Part shown: positions 21,427-32,569 of the stretch, one piece after another
Numbering within the stretch: position 1 is the stretch's first letter
Layout of the letters: every line of letters starts with the position of its first letter
DNA from: an uncultured delta proteobacterium
Lineage (GTDB): Bacteria > Desulfobacterota > Binatia > Binatales > Binataceae
Assembly (NCBI GenBank): GCA_963724765.1
Contig: CAVRVY010000004.1
Coordinates: forward strand, 832,001 to 896,000
Reading direction: 5' to 3'
DNA: 64,000 nucleotides
Position numbers and translations under genes: made by a program
Notes under the pieces: model-generated
The model's input: only the letters and a program-made list of their open reading frames with translations
The model's database searches: none
What the model was told of the DNA's origin: nothing

Positions 21427-22485
21427 TCAATTCGATCGTTCTCCCAACCATGCGCCGATTTTTGGCCACAGTTGCTTGTGAGCCGCGCCGCTCACCATCG
21501 CTCCCACGTGTCCGGTCGGGAAGGTCAGATTGCGCCGGTCGCAGCTGCTCACGCGATCGACCAGCCCCAGGCTCGAGCGTGGATGCACTACGTCGTCGTA
21601 GTCGGCAACCACGTTGAGCAACGGACACCTGATTTGTTCAATTTCGACCTTGCGCCCGCCGACCTCGAACCCGCCGCGCGCAAGCAGATTACGCTTGAAG
21701 ATATCCCCGGACATCTCCCGGAAAATCCGTCCCGCCATCGCCACGTCGCTGCTCATCCAGCGCTCGAACAGATCAAACTGTTCGGCATAGCCGTCGCGCT
21801 CGGCGTTGCGATACAGACCAACGTACTTGTCGATCGCGTGATGCACCGGGGCCATCGCGGTGAAGAACGACTGCACCATCCATGCTGGGCAGTTGCCATG
21901 CACCCGCGTGACCATCTCCATCGCCTCCTCGCTCATCCGGTCGAGGATGCTATAGATGGGCAAATCGCGCACACCCATGTCGAACGGCGTGGTCGCGGTC
22001 ACTAGGTTGCGCACGTTCTCGGGATGGAGCGCGGTGTAGATGAGGCTCAGCAGCGCGCCGAAGCAGTAACCCAGAACCGTGACCTGCGCGGTGCGCGTGA
22101 TCGCGCGCACGAAACGCACAGCCTTGTCGAGGTCGCCGTTGACGTAGGCGTCGAAGCCGCGCCAGGTGTCGGTAGGATTGGGCGGCAGCCAGTCGGTCAG
22201 GTAAACGTCAAAGCCCGAGCGCGTCAGGAATTCGATCACGCTGCGGCCCTTCTGGATGTCGAGCACGAACGGACGCTTGATCAACGCGTAGACCAGCACG
22301 ATAGGCGTGCGATGGGCATTTGTGCCCGTGGCCGCGTAATGACGCAGCCGCACCTTGCCGCTCTCGAAGACCACGCGGTAGGGCGTGACCGGCTGAGGGT
22401 CGTTGACGGTCGCATGTGCGCCCTTTTTGAAACCGTCGAGCGTGCGCATCGCGCCGTCGAGCCAGTAGCCGGCAATCGCGTTCAT
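21427..22485 (-). CDS. phaC: class III-like polyhydroxyalkanoate synthase PhaC
   Basis: 352 aa; TPIVLVYALIKRPFVLD, lipase box GYCFG (catalytic Cys), DYDDVV Asp, TGHVG His. Confidence 0.88.
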   Translation of the reverse strand: MNAIAGYWLDGAMRTLDGFKKGAHATVNDPQPVTPYRVVFESGKVRLRHYAATGTNAHRTPIVLVYALIKRPFVLDIQKGRSVIEFLTRSGFDVYLTDWLPPNPTDTWRGFDAYVNGDLDKAVRFVRAITRTAQVTVLGYCFGALLSLIYTALHPENVRNLVTATTPFDMGVRDLPIYSILDRMSEEAMEMVTRVHGNCPAWMVQSFFTAMAPVHHAIDKYVGLYRNAERDGYAEQFDLFERWMSSDVAMAGRIFREMSGDIFKRNLLARGGFEVGGRKVEIEQIRCPLLNVVADYDDVVHPRSSLGLVDRVSSCDRRNLTFPTGHVGAMVSGAAHKQLWPKIGAWLGERSN

Positions 22486-22492
22486 TGGCGTG

Positions 22493-23032
22493 TTAGTTGG
22501 CTGGAGCATCTTCGCCTTGCTTGCGCTCGAAGGGCGCCACCGCCGGAGTCCATCCGCCATTCCACATCGCGGTCAACGGGTCACCCACCTGGCGCTCGCC
22601 CGCAGCCGTCTCGATCTCCGCCGCGCGCGCTTCCTCGGCTTCCAGGCGGGCCCCCGCCAGGTCGTCGCGAAGCGCCCCCAGTTCGGCGCGCAACTCAGTC
22701 AACTCGGCTGCCGAGGGCAGCCCCACCACCGGCCATAGCGCGGCGAAAAACGCCCCCGTCATTGCCGAACCCAGGCGCTGCCACCTGAGCGACGCCTCCA
22801 TCGAGCGGCCCGCCGAAGCACCGACCTCCGGACTTGCATAAAGACCGTTGGCGGATTCGTTGAGCAACTGCACCCAGGCGTCGTAGGCCTTCCATCCCGC
22901 CTGCTGCAGGTCCTTTTCGAGATCATGCTCCCCGCCGCGTTCGCGGTCCTGGGCGAACATGCTTCTGGCGGCCACGAATGGCATTTCGACCATCGCCTCG
23001 CCGAGTTTGGCCCATTGCTCGAAGAATTTCAT
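22493..23032 (-). CDS. PhaE/PhaR-like PHA synthase second subunit
   Basis: 179 aa helical protein directly upstream of phaC; GLPSAAELTELRAELGALR resembles the PhaE LPTRxE coiled-coil box. Confidence 0.6.
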   Translation of the reverse strand: MKFFEQWAKLGEAMVEMPFVAARSMFAQDRERGGEHDLEKDLQQAGWKAYDAWVQLLNESANGLYASPEVGASAGRSMEASLRWQRLGSAMTGAFFAALWPVVGLPSAAELTELRAELGALRDDLAGARLEAEEARAAEIETAAGERQVGDPLTAMWNGGWTPAVAPFERKQGEDAPAN

Positions 23033-23096
23033 ATGTACCCCTTTATGCTATCCGCGTGGTCGAAGACTGGCCCAAAACGATACGCTATGCTGTTTG

Positions 23097-23112
23097 AGCA
23101 GCATTTATGCCA
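23097..23112 (-). promoter_or_regulatory. sigma54-like promoter upstream of the phaE-like/phaC operon
   Basis: Minus strand (T)TGGCAT-AAATG-CTGCT, GG-N10-GC, 65 nt before the ATG. Confidence 0.6.
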
Positions 23113-23354
23113 ATCGTTTCAACTATTCCTTGTCGCTCTTGTTGCCGGATGCCTCGCGCCGGGGATGCCCATTGTGCGCGCCTCTGCCGCCGTTTTAGGC
23201 ACTCCTCCATTTTCACGACCAATCCGTACCGTGATTCGGTTGCTGCCTGATGAAGGCCGGATTGTCGCTGAATGAATCACCCTGCGCTTTTCCTGCATTC
23301 GGTGATTGAAGACTATCTGATATTCACGGTATAGCAAAATTAGCTTTCTTAACA

Positions 23355-23374
23355 TTTGTCGCAGGTGCGACAAA
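23355..23374. promoter_or_regulatory. palindromic Crp/CooA-type operator
   Basis: TTTGTCGCA-GG-TGCGACAAA (perfect 9-bp arms) between the divergent phaE-like and crp genes. Confidence 0.75.
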
Positions 23375-23452
23375 ACCGAGCATGCGCGGCCCTTAACCCT
23401 CGTGTTTGGTCGCTTTGGTGACATCACCGCCGTCTGTGCTAACCAATGAAAT

Positions 23453-24190
23453 GTGACAGCCGAAGTCTCGCAACAGAAGCTGCTCAGCCGGCTACGGACG
23501 CTAGCGTGGATGTCGGAGGCGCAGCTCGCCAAGCTCTCCACCGCGACCATCACGCGCCGCGTGCGGCGCCACGAAACAATTTTTTTCGAGGGCGAGGACG
23601 CCAAGTCCGTTTACGTGCTGCTCTCGGGCGTCGCCAAGCTGACCTTTCTCAACGCGAGCGAACGTATCCTGGTCTCGCTGGTCGGTCCCGGCGAGATCTT
23701 CGGCGTCTCCTCGCTGCTGACGGTGGCCAAGCGGCCCTTTCGATGCGACGCGTTCAGCGACTGCCTGGTCGGCGTCACCAGTCCGGAGGCCTTCGTCGAC
23801 GCCTCGCTCGGCGTGCGCCTGGAAGATTTGAGCCGGGTGCTCGATGTCACTGTGGGACGCTGGTGGGCGATGCTCTTGCGGTATACGAATTTTCTCGGAC
23901 TCGCGTTGCGCGAGCGGCTGGCGGGCGCGCTGCTGGAGTTGGGGACCAAGTTTGGTGCCGAGGACGCGCGCGGGCGGATTTTAACCCTGAAGCTTACGCA
24001 TAGCGATCTGGCCGAGTTGGTCGGCGCGTCGCGCCAGCGGATCACCGAGCAGTTGAGCGAATTCGAGCGCACCGGCGTGATCATCCGCGACGGGCGGCGT
24101 CTCATAATCGTCACCAGCGAATTGCTCGCCCTGGTGCAGGGTGACAAGCCGGGCCCCGGCGGCGACGAGGGCACCGGCGCCGCGCGCTAA
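23453..24190 (+). CDS. Crp/Fnr family transcriptional regulator
   Basis: cNMP-binding domain (IFFEGE, VLLSG, GPGEIFG) and HTH LTHSDLAELVGASRQRITE. Confidence 0.92.
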   Translation: MTAEVSQQKLLSRLRTLAWMSEAQLAKLSTATITRRVRRHETIFFEGEDAKSVYVLLSGVAKLTFLNASERILVSLVGPGEIFGVSSLLTVAKRPFRCDAFSDCLVGVTSPEAFVDASLGVRLEDLSRVLDVTVGRWWAMLLRYTNFLGLALRERLAGALLELGTKFGAEDARGRILTLKLTHSDLAELVGASRQRITEQLSEFERTGVIIRDGRRLIIVTSELLALVQGDKPGPGGDEGTGAAR

Positions 24191-24224
24191 GTTATCTATC
24201 CAACGATCGAAGAATAATGTCTCA

Positions 24225-25274
24225 TCAATTCTTCCTGAAATACGGCATCACTTCGCGGGCGAAGAGCCGCATCGATTTCTTGGTCAATTCCGAATCCACG
24301 TTGGGAAAGTCCATCATGCATTGCAGATAGTCCATCCCCACTTCGCGCTGGTATTTTTCGATCTCGCGGATGCAATGGCCGGGGTTGCCCAGGATGAAGC
24401 GCTCGCGGAAGGTCTCCAGGCTGACTTCGCGTGCGCCGGATACAGCCTGTCCGCGGTCGTCCTTTAACTCGCGCACCTGCGCCCAGCGTCCGTACATTCC
24501 GGCCTGTATATAGATCATTCCGGGCCCGCCTTCCCGCTCTGCCTGCTTCATGGTCTCGGCGCAATAGACCTCGCGGATGACTGGCGTACAGGTTTCCTTG
24601 CGGCCGAATTCAGCCAGGTAACGCCGATAGCTTGCGTAATGATTTTTAAGATCGCTCAGATGATGGCGTGGCGAGGAGCACAGCGCGTCCGCCCATTTTG
24701 CCGCGCGGCGAAAGCCACCTTCGGTCGAAGCTCCGATCCAGATTGGCGGATGAGGCTTCTGCGCGGGCTTGGGCATCACGGAGATTTCCGGAAACTGATA
24801 GTACTTGCCGCTGTACGCGAACGAATCGGTGGTCCACGACTTGATCAGGATCTCCAGTTGCTCTTCCATCCGCGCTTCCCGGCCCTTGCGCGGTTCTCCC
24901 AGACCTTCGAACTCGATCGGACGGTAACCGGCGGCCACGCCCACGATGACGCGTCCATTGGCGATATTGTCGAGCACCGCCACGTCCTCGGCGATGCGCA
25001 CCGGGCGATGGAGCGGCAGCAGCAGCATCGCGGTGCCGATCTTGATTATGCTCGTCCGCGCCGCCATCGCGGCCGCCGTCAGGAGCACCGAGGGGCACTC
25101 GCCGTCTTCCTTGAAGTGATGTTCGATGAGCCAGGCGGAATCGAAGCCCAGTTCCTCGGCAAGCACTACCTGCTCGAGCATCTCTCGATATACTTCGGTG
25201 TGCGGTTTTCCCGAGCCCTGGGCCGCCTGCAGATTGAAGGGGCCGATACCGAATTTCATGATTTGGCTCTCCAT
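24225..25274 (-). CDS. LLM class flavin-dependent oxidoreductase
   Basis: AEELGFDSAWLIEHHF, RIAEDVAVLD, PKPAQKPHPPIWIG. Confidence 0.92.
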   Translation of the reverse strand: MESQIMKFGIGPFNLQAAQGSGKPHTEVYREMLEQVVLAEELGFDSAWLIEHHFKEDGECPSVLLTAAAMAARTSIIKIGTAMLLLPLHRPVRIAEDVAVLDNIANGRVIVGVAAGYRPIEFEGLGEPRKGREARMEEQLEILIKSWTTDSFAYSGKYYQFPEISVMPKPAQKPHPPIWIGASTEGGFRRAAKWADALCSSPRHHLSDLKNHYASYRRYLAEFGRKETCTPVIREVYCAETMKQAEREGGPGMIYIQAGMYGRWAQVRELKDDRGQAVSGAREVSLETFRERFILGNPGHCIREIEKYQREVGMDYLQCMMDFPNVDSELTKKSMRLFAREVMPYFRKN

Positions 25275-25500
25275 TAAAATTATTTCCGCGCTGAATTCTC
25301 TGTCAAAATTCCGTGAAGATGTAAATGTCTGAATCGTCGAAAGCGGCGCGGGAACGGCTTGAAATCGCCGCGCGATTGCTGAAGAGTCTTACCTTCGTCC
25401 GAGTTTTATTTTCGTTCGGATTTGTTGTCGTAAAATCTGATTTCCAAATAACGATTTCCAAGCCACGTAACGCGGCGCCCCCGCGAGGAGCACTGGCGAG

Positions 25501-26343
25501 ATGCCCGAAGACAAGTTTCAGATTGCCGGCGGACTCAAATTGCACTACCTGGACTTCGGTGGTGAGGGAAAGCCGGCGTTGGTCTGTATCCACGGGCTGA
25601 CCGGCAACGCGCACAACTTTGACGCGCTGGCCCCGCATCTGACGGCGCGCTACCGCGTGCTCGCGCTCGACGTCCGCGGCCGCGGCGACAGCGGGTGGGG
25701 TGCGCCGCTAGACTACAATCCGCAGGTCTACGTCAGCGACCTCAAGGAATTCCTCGACGGGCTCGGAATCAAACGCGTGAGCCTGGTGGGAACCTCGATG
25801 GGCGGTGTGATCTCGATGATGTTCGCCGGCGGCTATCCGGAAACCGTCGAACACCTGGTCCTAAACGACATCGGCCCTGACATCGATCCGGCCGGCCTGA
25901 TGCGAATCATGGCCTATCTTGGCCAGGCGCCCGATCGCTTCAAGAATCTGGCCGAGGTCGGAGCCTACTACCGCGAAATCTACCCGCCCGCGGCCACGCT
26001 CTCGGACGAGGTGCTCACCGAGTGGGTGCGATGGTCGGTGAAGACGGCCGAGGACGGCAGGCTTACGTGGAAGATGGACCCGGCGGTTCGCCGCCCGCCG
26101 CGCGGAGGCTCGGCGGCGCGGCCGATCGATCTGTGGCTGCCCTACAATCGCGTGATGGCGCCCATCTTGATCGTGCGCGGGGCGGAGAGCGACATCCTGT
26201 CGCGCGAAACGGCGGCCCGGATGGTCAAGGTGCAACGCGGCGTGCGCCTGGTCGAGGTTCCCGGCGTCGGCCACGCGCCCTCGCTGGTCGAGCCGGAAGC
26301 GCTCGAGGAGATTACCGGCTTCCTCGGCGTCGCCAAGGCGTAG
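25501..26343 (+). CDS. alpha/beta fold hydrolase
   Basis: CIHGLT, DVRGRGDS, GTSMGG, GVGHAP. Confidence 0.9.
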   Translation: MPEDKFQIAGGLKLHYLDFGGEGKPALVCIHGLTGNAHNFDALAPHLTARYRVLALDVRGRGDSGWGAPLDYNPQVYVSDLKEFLDGLGIKRVSLVGTSMGGVISMMFAGGYPETVEHLVLNDIGPDIDPAGLMRIMAYLGQAPDRFKNLAEVGAYYREIYPPAATLSDEVLTEWVRWSVKTAEDGRLTWKMDPAVRRPPRGGSAARPIDLWLPYNRVMAPILIVRGAESDILSRETAARMVKVQRGVRLVEVPGVGHAPSLVEPEALEEITGFLGVAKA

Positions 26344-26359
26344 CGCGGCGCAAAGCAAA

Positions 26360-29300
26360 TCAACTTCCGCGGCCGGCGACCGACACCTTGACCGTGGCCG
26401 GGGTGCCCGGCGCGGTGTCCGTCATCACCAGCGTCGCGGTCGCCCTGCCCGTCACCGTCGGCGCGAACTGCACGCCGATCGTCAGGCTCTGATGCGGCTG
26501 CAGCGTGAACGCTGCGGCACCCTGGGTGAGAGTGAACGGGCTGCCGATAGCGAACGCGCCTACACTGCCGTTCAGCACGCCGCGCGCCGCGTTGGTGACG
26601 GTGAAGGTCTTGGTGAGCGTGGTGCTTCTGGCGACCGGGCCGAAACCGAGCGTCGGCAGCACCGCGGGCGGTATCGGCGCTGCCAGGTTGACCACCAGAT
26701 GCCCGCCCACTCCTATGCCGCCGATCGGAAGGTTCACGCTCGGATGCGCCGGATCGTCGCTGATGATCGCCAAAGTGGCGCTAACATGACCGATGACCGT
26801 GGGCGTAAATTGTACGGTAACAAATTGCTTCTGGCCGGGCGCGAGATTAAACGTCCCGCCGCCCGCGCTCACGTTAAAGGGCGCGGCAAGTGCGCCAACC
26901 GACCCGGTGAGCATACCAATACCGCTGTTCCTGACCGCAAATCTCATCGACCCCGGCGTGACGCCGATTCCGACCCGGCCGAACCCCATACTGACCGGGA
27001 GCGCAAGCGTGCCCGCAACTCCGTGCCCGACAAGCGCGACCGTGAAGACCGGATGATGCAGGTCGCTGCTGGTGATGTTCAGGCTGCCGGTCGCCTTACC
27101 GATCAACGTGGGTGTGAACTGGATCGTCACCGCAGTTTTGTGCAAAGGCGCAATCGCGAATGGTCCGAATCCCGAAAGCACCGCGCAGGGCCGCGCCATC
27201 GCGCCCAGCGACACGGTCAGCGTCTTGTACGGGCTGAGATTATGGATGTTCACCACCCTGATCCGGGGCGCAACACCGATTCCCACCGAACCGAATAGCA
27301 TCGGCGTGGCGACCGAGAGCGTACCGCCCGGCACCGGTGTCGGAGTCGGTGTCGGTGTTGGCGCTGGTGTCACAACGGGGGTCGGCGTCACGATCGGAGT
27401 CGGCGCCGGCGACGGCGTTGCCGTGGGTGACGCGATGGGCGTCGGCGTTGGTGTCGGCACCGGTGACGGCGTTGCCGTGGATGACGCGGTCGGCGTCGGA
27501 GTCGGCGCAGCCGACGGCGTCGGTGACGCGATGGGCGTGGGAGTTGGGGTCACAATGGGCGTTGGCGTCGCAACGGGCGTCTGCGTCGGAGTCGGCGCCG
27601 GTGATGGGGTTCCCGTGGGGGACGCGGTCGGCGTGGGCGTGGCGATCGCTTGCGGATGGTCGTACTCGAGCATGCGGCTGTCGGCCGAATCGGCGACATA
27701 GAGATTGCCGGCGCTGTCCAGCGCGACTCCGTTGGGCGCGCACAGTGTGTCGGCGCTGGCCGTGACGACGCACTGCGTGTCAGTGTCGGTGGCACGGCCG
27801 AATACCAGGTCGGCGCTCGCATCGCCCGCGCCACTCTCGCCACTGGCCGCGTTGAGCGGAGTGTTGTACTCGAGGACGCGATTGTCGCCGGTATCGGTGA
27901 CGTAGAGATCGCCGGCGCTGTCGGCCGCGACGCTTGCGGGCTGGCAGAGGCTGTCGGGCCCCACACCGCCAATGTCGCCGTCGGCAATTCCGCGGTTGCA
28001 TCCGGTGGCGGTAAAACTACCGGCCTGGCCGAAAACGAAATCGGCGTTGGTGTCGCCGGCATCGTACTCGAACACCCGGCTGTTGCCATAGTCGGCGACG
28101 TAGAGATTGCCCGTCTGGTCGAGCGCCACGCCGGTTGGATTGCACAGGCTGTCTGGACCGGCGCCGTTGAGGTCGCCACCCGCGGCGCCGTCATTGCACG
28201 CGACCGTGGCGAAGCTCAAGTTTTGGCCGAAGACAAGATCCGCGGTGGTATCACCGGCGGAACCGGATATGCCGGGGGTGCCGCCGCCGGCCGCCAGCGG
28301 ATCGTCGTATTCGAGTACGCGGCTGTTATCGGTGTCGGCAACGAAGACGTCGCCCTCGGGGTCTACCGCGACCCCGCTGGGACGGTTGAGCCCGTCGACG
28401 CCGCCGCCGCTGACGACGGTGGTGAAGCTGCCGCCCTGGCCAAACACCTTCTGCGCGCTTTGTCCTGCGGTCATGCCGCTGCTGAAGGGCTGGGCGAACT
28501 CGAGCACGCGGTTGTCGTCGGCGTCGGCGACGTAGAGATTGCCTGCGCTATCGACGGCGACTCCACTGGGCTCACACAAACTGTCGGGGCCGACGCCATT
28601 TACGTCGCCGCCCGCCAGTCCGGCGTCGCACACGAAGCTGAAAAAGTCAGGTTGGCCGATAACCAGCGCGGCCGCCGCGCCGTCGGCAAACGCGCTTGCG
28701 CTGGTCCATCCGAGCACCCGGCTGTTGGCGGTGTCCGCGACATAGAGATGCCCGTCCGCGTCGATCGCGGGGTTCGCGGCCAGCACGTTGGTCGACGCCG
28801 GATTAGCCAGCTCGAGCGCGGCGGGGCCGCCAAAGTTATCCATGTTGTGCTCAAGGTCGGTCTGGCCGAGTTCGCGGTCGGCGATCGTGTCGCCGGCGCC
28901 ACTCTCGCCGCTGGCTGCGTTGAGCGGCGTATTGTAGACCAGCAGCCGGCCGTTGTCCGAGTCCGTGGCGTAGAGGTTGCCCGGGGCGTCAAGCGCGACG
29001 GAGGCGGGCGAACAGAGCGCGCCGGCATCGACCACGATTCCGAAGCCGGCCAACAGCCCGGTGTCGGAACCGTTGCACAGCGCGGTCGTGAAGCTCCCGG
29101 CCTGGCCAAACACCAGGTCGGCCACCGCGTCACCGGCCCCACTCTCGCCGCTGCCGCTGTTTAGCGGCGTGTTGAACTCCAGCAGGCGGCTGTTGCCGGC
29201 GTCGGCGACATAGAGATTGCCGGCGCCGTCGGTCACGAGTCCCTGCGGATCGGAAAGACTGTCGGGCCCCAGGCCAGCCACATCGCCGCCCCCGGCGCCG

Positions 29301-30364
29301 TCGTTCGCCCCGCCGGTGGTAAAGCTGCCGTTCTGGCCGAAGACATTGTCGGCGATGGTGTCGCCGGCGCCGGCCAAGCCGCTCGACGGATTGAGCGGCG
29401 TGTTGTATTCGAGGATGCGATTGTTGTTGGTGTCGGCCACGTAGAGGTTGCCGCTCGCGTCGGTGATGACGCCGGTTGGCCCGCACAGGCTGTCGGGCCC
29501 TGTGCCGCTCACATCGCCGCCCGCCGTGCCGTCGGCGCAGAGCTTGGTCGTGAAGCTGTTGCTCTGGCCGAAAACCATGTCGGCGAGCGCGTCGCCGGCG
29601 CCGCTTTCGCCGATGCCGGCGTTAAGCGGCGTGCTGTATTCGAGCACACGGCTGGCGCCGCTGTCGGCGATGTAGAGATTGCCGACCGCGTCAACCGCAA
29701 CCGCTCGCGGATCGCACAGGCTGTCGACACCGACGCCGGCGACGTCGGCGCCCGCGATGCCGTCGTCGCATCCGCTGCCGACAAAGCTGCCATGTTGTCC
29801 AAAAACCATCGCGGCCGCCTCGCCTTGGGTAACTCCGCTCAGAAATGGGCTGCTGAACTCCAACACGCGATTGTCGATGCTGTCGGCGACGTAGAGATTG
29901 CCGGCGCTGTCGACCGCGACACCCTCGGGTCCGCACAGACTGTCGGCGCCCATCCCGCCCACGTCACCACCCGCCGCGCCGTCGTCGCATCGGTAGCTGT
30001 AAAAATCTGGCTGGCCGATCACGATACTGGCCGGAGCTCCGTTGTTGAACATGCTCGCACTGGTCCATCCCAGCACCCGGTTGTTGATCGAATCCCCGAC
30101 GTACAGATGACCAGCCGCATCGACCGCCACGCCGGTCGGGCCGGAAAGCGCGTCCGCGCCGCCAAAGTCGAACATGCTGTGGGTGAAATCAACTTCGCCC
30201 AACTCGCGATCGGCGGTAGTATCGCCGGCGGTTCCAGGTGTGCCCGCGACCGCCACGCGCACGAACGACAACGCCGCAGCGACTGCCAGCGCGGCGAACA
30301 CTGCTCCAACGGAAAGATAGTTACCGCCGCCGGCAAAGCGGCGGCGCCTTGGATGGATACCCAT
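26360..30364 (-). CDS. large secreted/surface protein: NHL-repeat propellers, Pro-Thr linker, three Ig-like (ASH/choice-of-anchor D-like) domains
   Basis: Signal peptide; repeated P.GVAVD..GNLYVAD..N.RVLE; ~100-aa PTPT linker; repeated FG.V....VQF.PT domains. Confidence 0.85.
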   Translation of the reverse strand: MGIHPRRRRFAGGGNYLSVGAVFAALAVAAALSFVRVAVAGTPGTAGDTTADRELGEVDFTHSMFDFGGADALSGPTGVAVDAAGHLYVGDSINNRVLGWTSASMFNNGAPASIVIGQPDFYSYRCDDGAAGGDVGGMGADSLCGPEGVAVDSAGNLYVADSIDNRVLEFSSPFLSGVTQGEAAAMVFGQHGSFVGSGCDDGIAGADVAGVGVDSLCDPRAVAVDAVGNLYIADSGASRVLEYSTPLNAGIGESGAGDALADMVFGQSNSFTTKLCADGTAGGDVSGTGPDSLCGPTGVITDASGNLYVADTNNNRILEYNTPLNPSSGLAGAGDTIADNVFGQNGSFTTGGANDGAGGGDVAGLGPDSLSDPQGLVTDGAGNLYVADAGNSRLLEFNTPLNSGSGESGAGDAVADLVFGQAGSFTTALCNGSDTGLLAGFGIVVDAGALCSPASVALDAPGNLYATDSDNGRLLVYNTPLNAASGESGAGDTIADRELGQTDLEHNMDNFGGPAALELANPASTNVLAANPAIDADGHLYVADTANSRVLGWTSASAFADGAAAALVIGQPDFFSFVCDAGLAGGDVNGVGPDSLCEPSGVAVDSAGNLYVADADDNRVLEFAQPFSSGMTAGQSAQKVFGQGGSFTTVVSGGGVDGLNRPSGVAVDPEGDVFVADTDNSRVLEYDDPLAAGGGTPGISGSAGDTTADLVFGQNLSFATVACNDGAAGGDLNGAGPDSLCNPTGVALDQTGNLYVADYGNSRVFEYDAGDTNADFVFGQAGSFTATGCNRGIADGDIGGVGPDSLCQPASVAADSAGDLYVTDTGDNRVLEYNTPLNAASGESGAGDASADLVFGRATDTDTQCVVTASADTLCAPNGVALDSAGNLYVADSADSRMLEYDHPQAIATPTPTASPTGTPSPAPTPTQTPVATPTPIVTPTPTPIASPTPSAAPTPTPTASSTATPSPVPTPTPTPIASPTATPSPAPTPIVTPTPVVTPAPTPTPTPTPVPGGTLSVATPMLFGSVGIGVAPRIRVVNIHNLSPYKTLTVSLGAMARPCAVLSGFGPFAIAPLHKTAVTIQFTPTLIGKATGSLNITSSDLHHPVFTVALVGHGVAGTLALPVSMGFGRVGIGVTPGSMRFAVRNSGIGMLTGSVGALAAPFNVSAGGGTFNLAPGQKQFVTVQFTPTVIGHVSATLAIISDDPAHPSVNLPIGGIGVGGHLVVNLAAPIPPAVLPTLGFGPVARSTTLTKTFTVTNAARGVLNGSVGAFAIGSPFTLTQGAAAFTLQPHQSLTIGVQFAPTVTGRATATLVMTDTAPGTPATVKVSVAGRGS

Positions 30365-31055
30365 TTTCGAGACAACTCCTGTCCGCCGAAAACTTGAAAC
30401 CGGGGAGTCGCAAGAAACGATCCCAGGCGGTCTCGTTATGACTCACCAGTGCCGCTCAGTTACGCTAACTGCGCACATGCATTTGGCATTTGGCTTAAAT
30501 AGTCAGTGCGTCTTACGCGACGCGCGCGCGTCACATGGGGCACGATCTTTTTTTCGCACCGATGACACACTACGAAACAATAAGTGCTCGAACGCGAGAC
30601 ACCGTCTTACTGAGGAATGTTGCAGCGATCCCGTCCTAAATCTCCGGCACTCAACTCCCAGCGTTGGAATAGTCTTTCCCTTCTGGGCAACTGGAATCTC
30701 GCAGACCTATGTGGCGCGCGCATTCCCTGGCAGGAATGAGTCGGATCGCCAAGTGCCCGAATCAGACTTGCCGATACCGCCTCGGCGCACCAGGACGGCC
30801 AGCCACACTAAGACTAGTACAGATAGAGTAACTACCACACCTTAATGCCTTAAAGTCTTAAATTGACACGTCAGTTGTTCGCGTTAATGTTTGATCTATG
30901 GTTAATGCCTTATCTATGTTCAAATCAATTATTCATGTATACTCAGTGTCACTACGTCGAATATCAATTGACATTATACCGGCTTGTGAGGACCTTCCAG
31001 GTTCGGCGACGTAGGTTCGTGCAAGCGAGATCGCTTTTCAATGAGGACCCTTCGA

Positions 31056-32569
31056 ATGAATATCCGAGGTCGTGAATCCGGACAGATGATATTTCTCGCC
31101 ACCATTGCGATGATCGCCCTGCTTGGCTTCAGCGCTTTGGCGGTTGATATGGGGATGATTTATTCCACAAGGCGCCGCATGCAGACGGCCGCCGATGCTG
31201 CGGCAGTCGCAGGCGCCACGGCACTGCGCGACGGACAGAATTACACCCAAACCGCCGACACCGTTAGTTCATTCAACGGTTTTACCAATTCGCAGAACAA
31301 TGTGGCGGTTACGGTTAGTGAACCTACACTGCCCTCGCCGTATCCCAGCGGTGTAACCTACGTCGAGGTCGACATTTCTCAATCCGTACCTACCTATTTC
31401 CTGCGCGCGCTGGGTTTCAATTCAATGAACGTGGGCGCTCGGGCCGTGAGCGGCGCCGTCGCCGGACCTTCCTGCATATATGACTGGATCCGATTGACTC
31501 GAACACCCTGTCGTTGACGGGCAATTCCAACGTCAATTCTCAGTGCGGTGTAATCGATGACTCGACTTCTTCCTCCGGGCTTTCGCTTAACGGCAATGTC
31601 ACGCTAACGGCAACGTCTATCGGCGTGGTCGGGAGCAGTTTTTCCCAGTCTGGCAACGTCACCGTTTCGCCGCAGCCTGTCGAAAACCTCGCGGCGCTGA
31701 GTGACCCGCTGGCCGCTCGGGCCACAACCGTAGCGCTCAGCGCGGGCACCTGCGCTCAGCAGACTGGCGAATCGGGAAGCGAGAACTGGAGCGGCAATAT
31801 CACCAGTCTCACGGTCCCTAGCGGGGTATATGATGGCGGCATCAGCATCAGCGGGAACATCGGTTCCGTCATCTTCTCCGCCGGCAACTATGGGAACAAC
31901 GTGAACTTCAACGGGAATGGCGGGAGCCTGACTTTCAATCCTGGCGAGTACCAGAACGGCGGCAGCGGCGACGGCATCACACTAAGTGGAAATACCGCGA
32001 CGACCTTCAATGCCGGAACGTACACGTTTTGCGGTGCCGTCGACATCGTCGGCAACAACACCGTCACTTTGCAGCCTGGTACGTATTTCGGCGGAATCAA
32101 GATCAGCGGCAATGCCAGCGTAAGCTTCAGTCCGGGCACCTATATCCTGGCCGGCGGCGGTCTGACGGTTACCGGCAACTCCACGCTGAAGGGCACCGGT
32201 GTGACTTTCTATAACACCAGTGCGACAGGATACGCGTACGCGCCAATCGACTTGACCGGCAATGAGACGGCCAACCTCAGCGCTCCCACCTCAGGGGCCT
32301 TCGAAGGCTTCCTCCTCTTCCAGGATCCGTCGATCCCTGTCGGCTCCGCGGCTATCACTATCGTTGGCAACTCGTCGTCGACCTTCGATGGCATCATTTA
32401 CGCACCCAAAACCGCGATCACTTACGTCGGCAACTCCAGCGGCGCCGGCTACACGGTTTTGATCGGCTATACAATCTCGGTGACCGGCAACTCCACATTA
32501 AACATCGGTAACAGTTACTCCTCGCTTGCCCACGGATCGCCGATAAAGTCGAGCGCGCTCTATGAATAG
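31056..32569 (+). pseudogene. tadG: TadG-like pilus adhesin interrupted by a 1-bp frameshift at ~31482
   Basis: N-terminal GQ..AVDMG..RRRMQTAADAAAVAG Tad domain; adding one base to TGC ATA TAT GA CTG GAT CCG gives C-I-Y-x-L-D-P and fuses ORFs 31041-31517 and 31514-32569. Confidence 0.8.

Noticed and set aside
27072-27701. Val-Gly repeat ORF on the plus strand
   Set aside because: Antisense shadow of the Pro-Thr linker of the NHL protein
27290-29900. Periodic repeats resembling an array
   Set aside because: Coding NHL and PT repeats with synonymous variation; no CRISPR repeat-spacer structure and no cas genes
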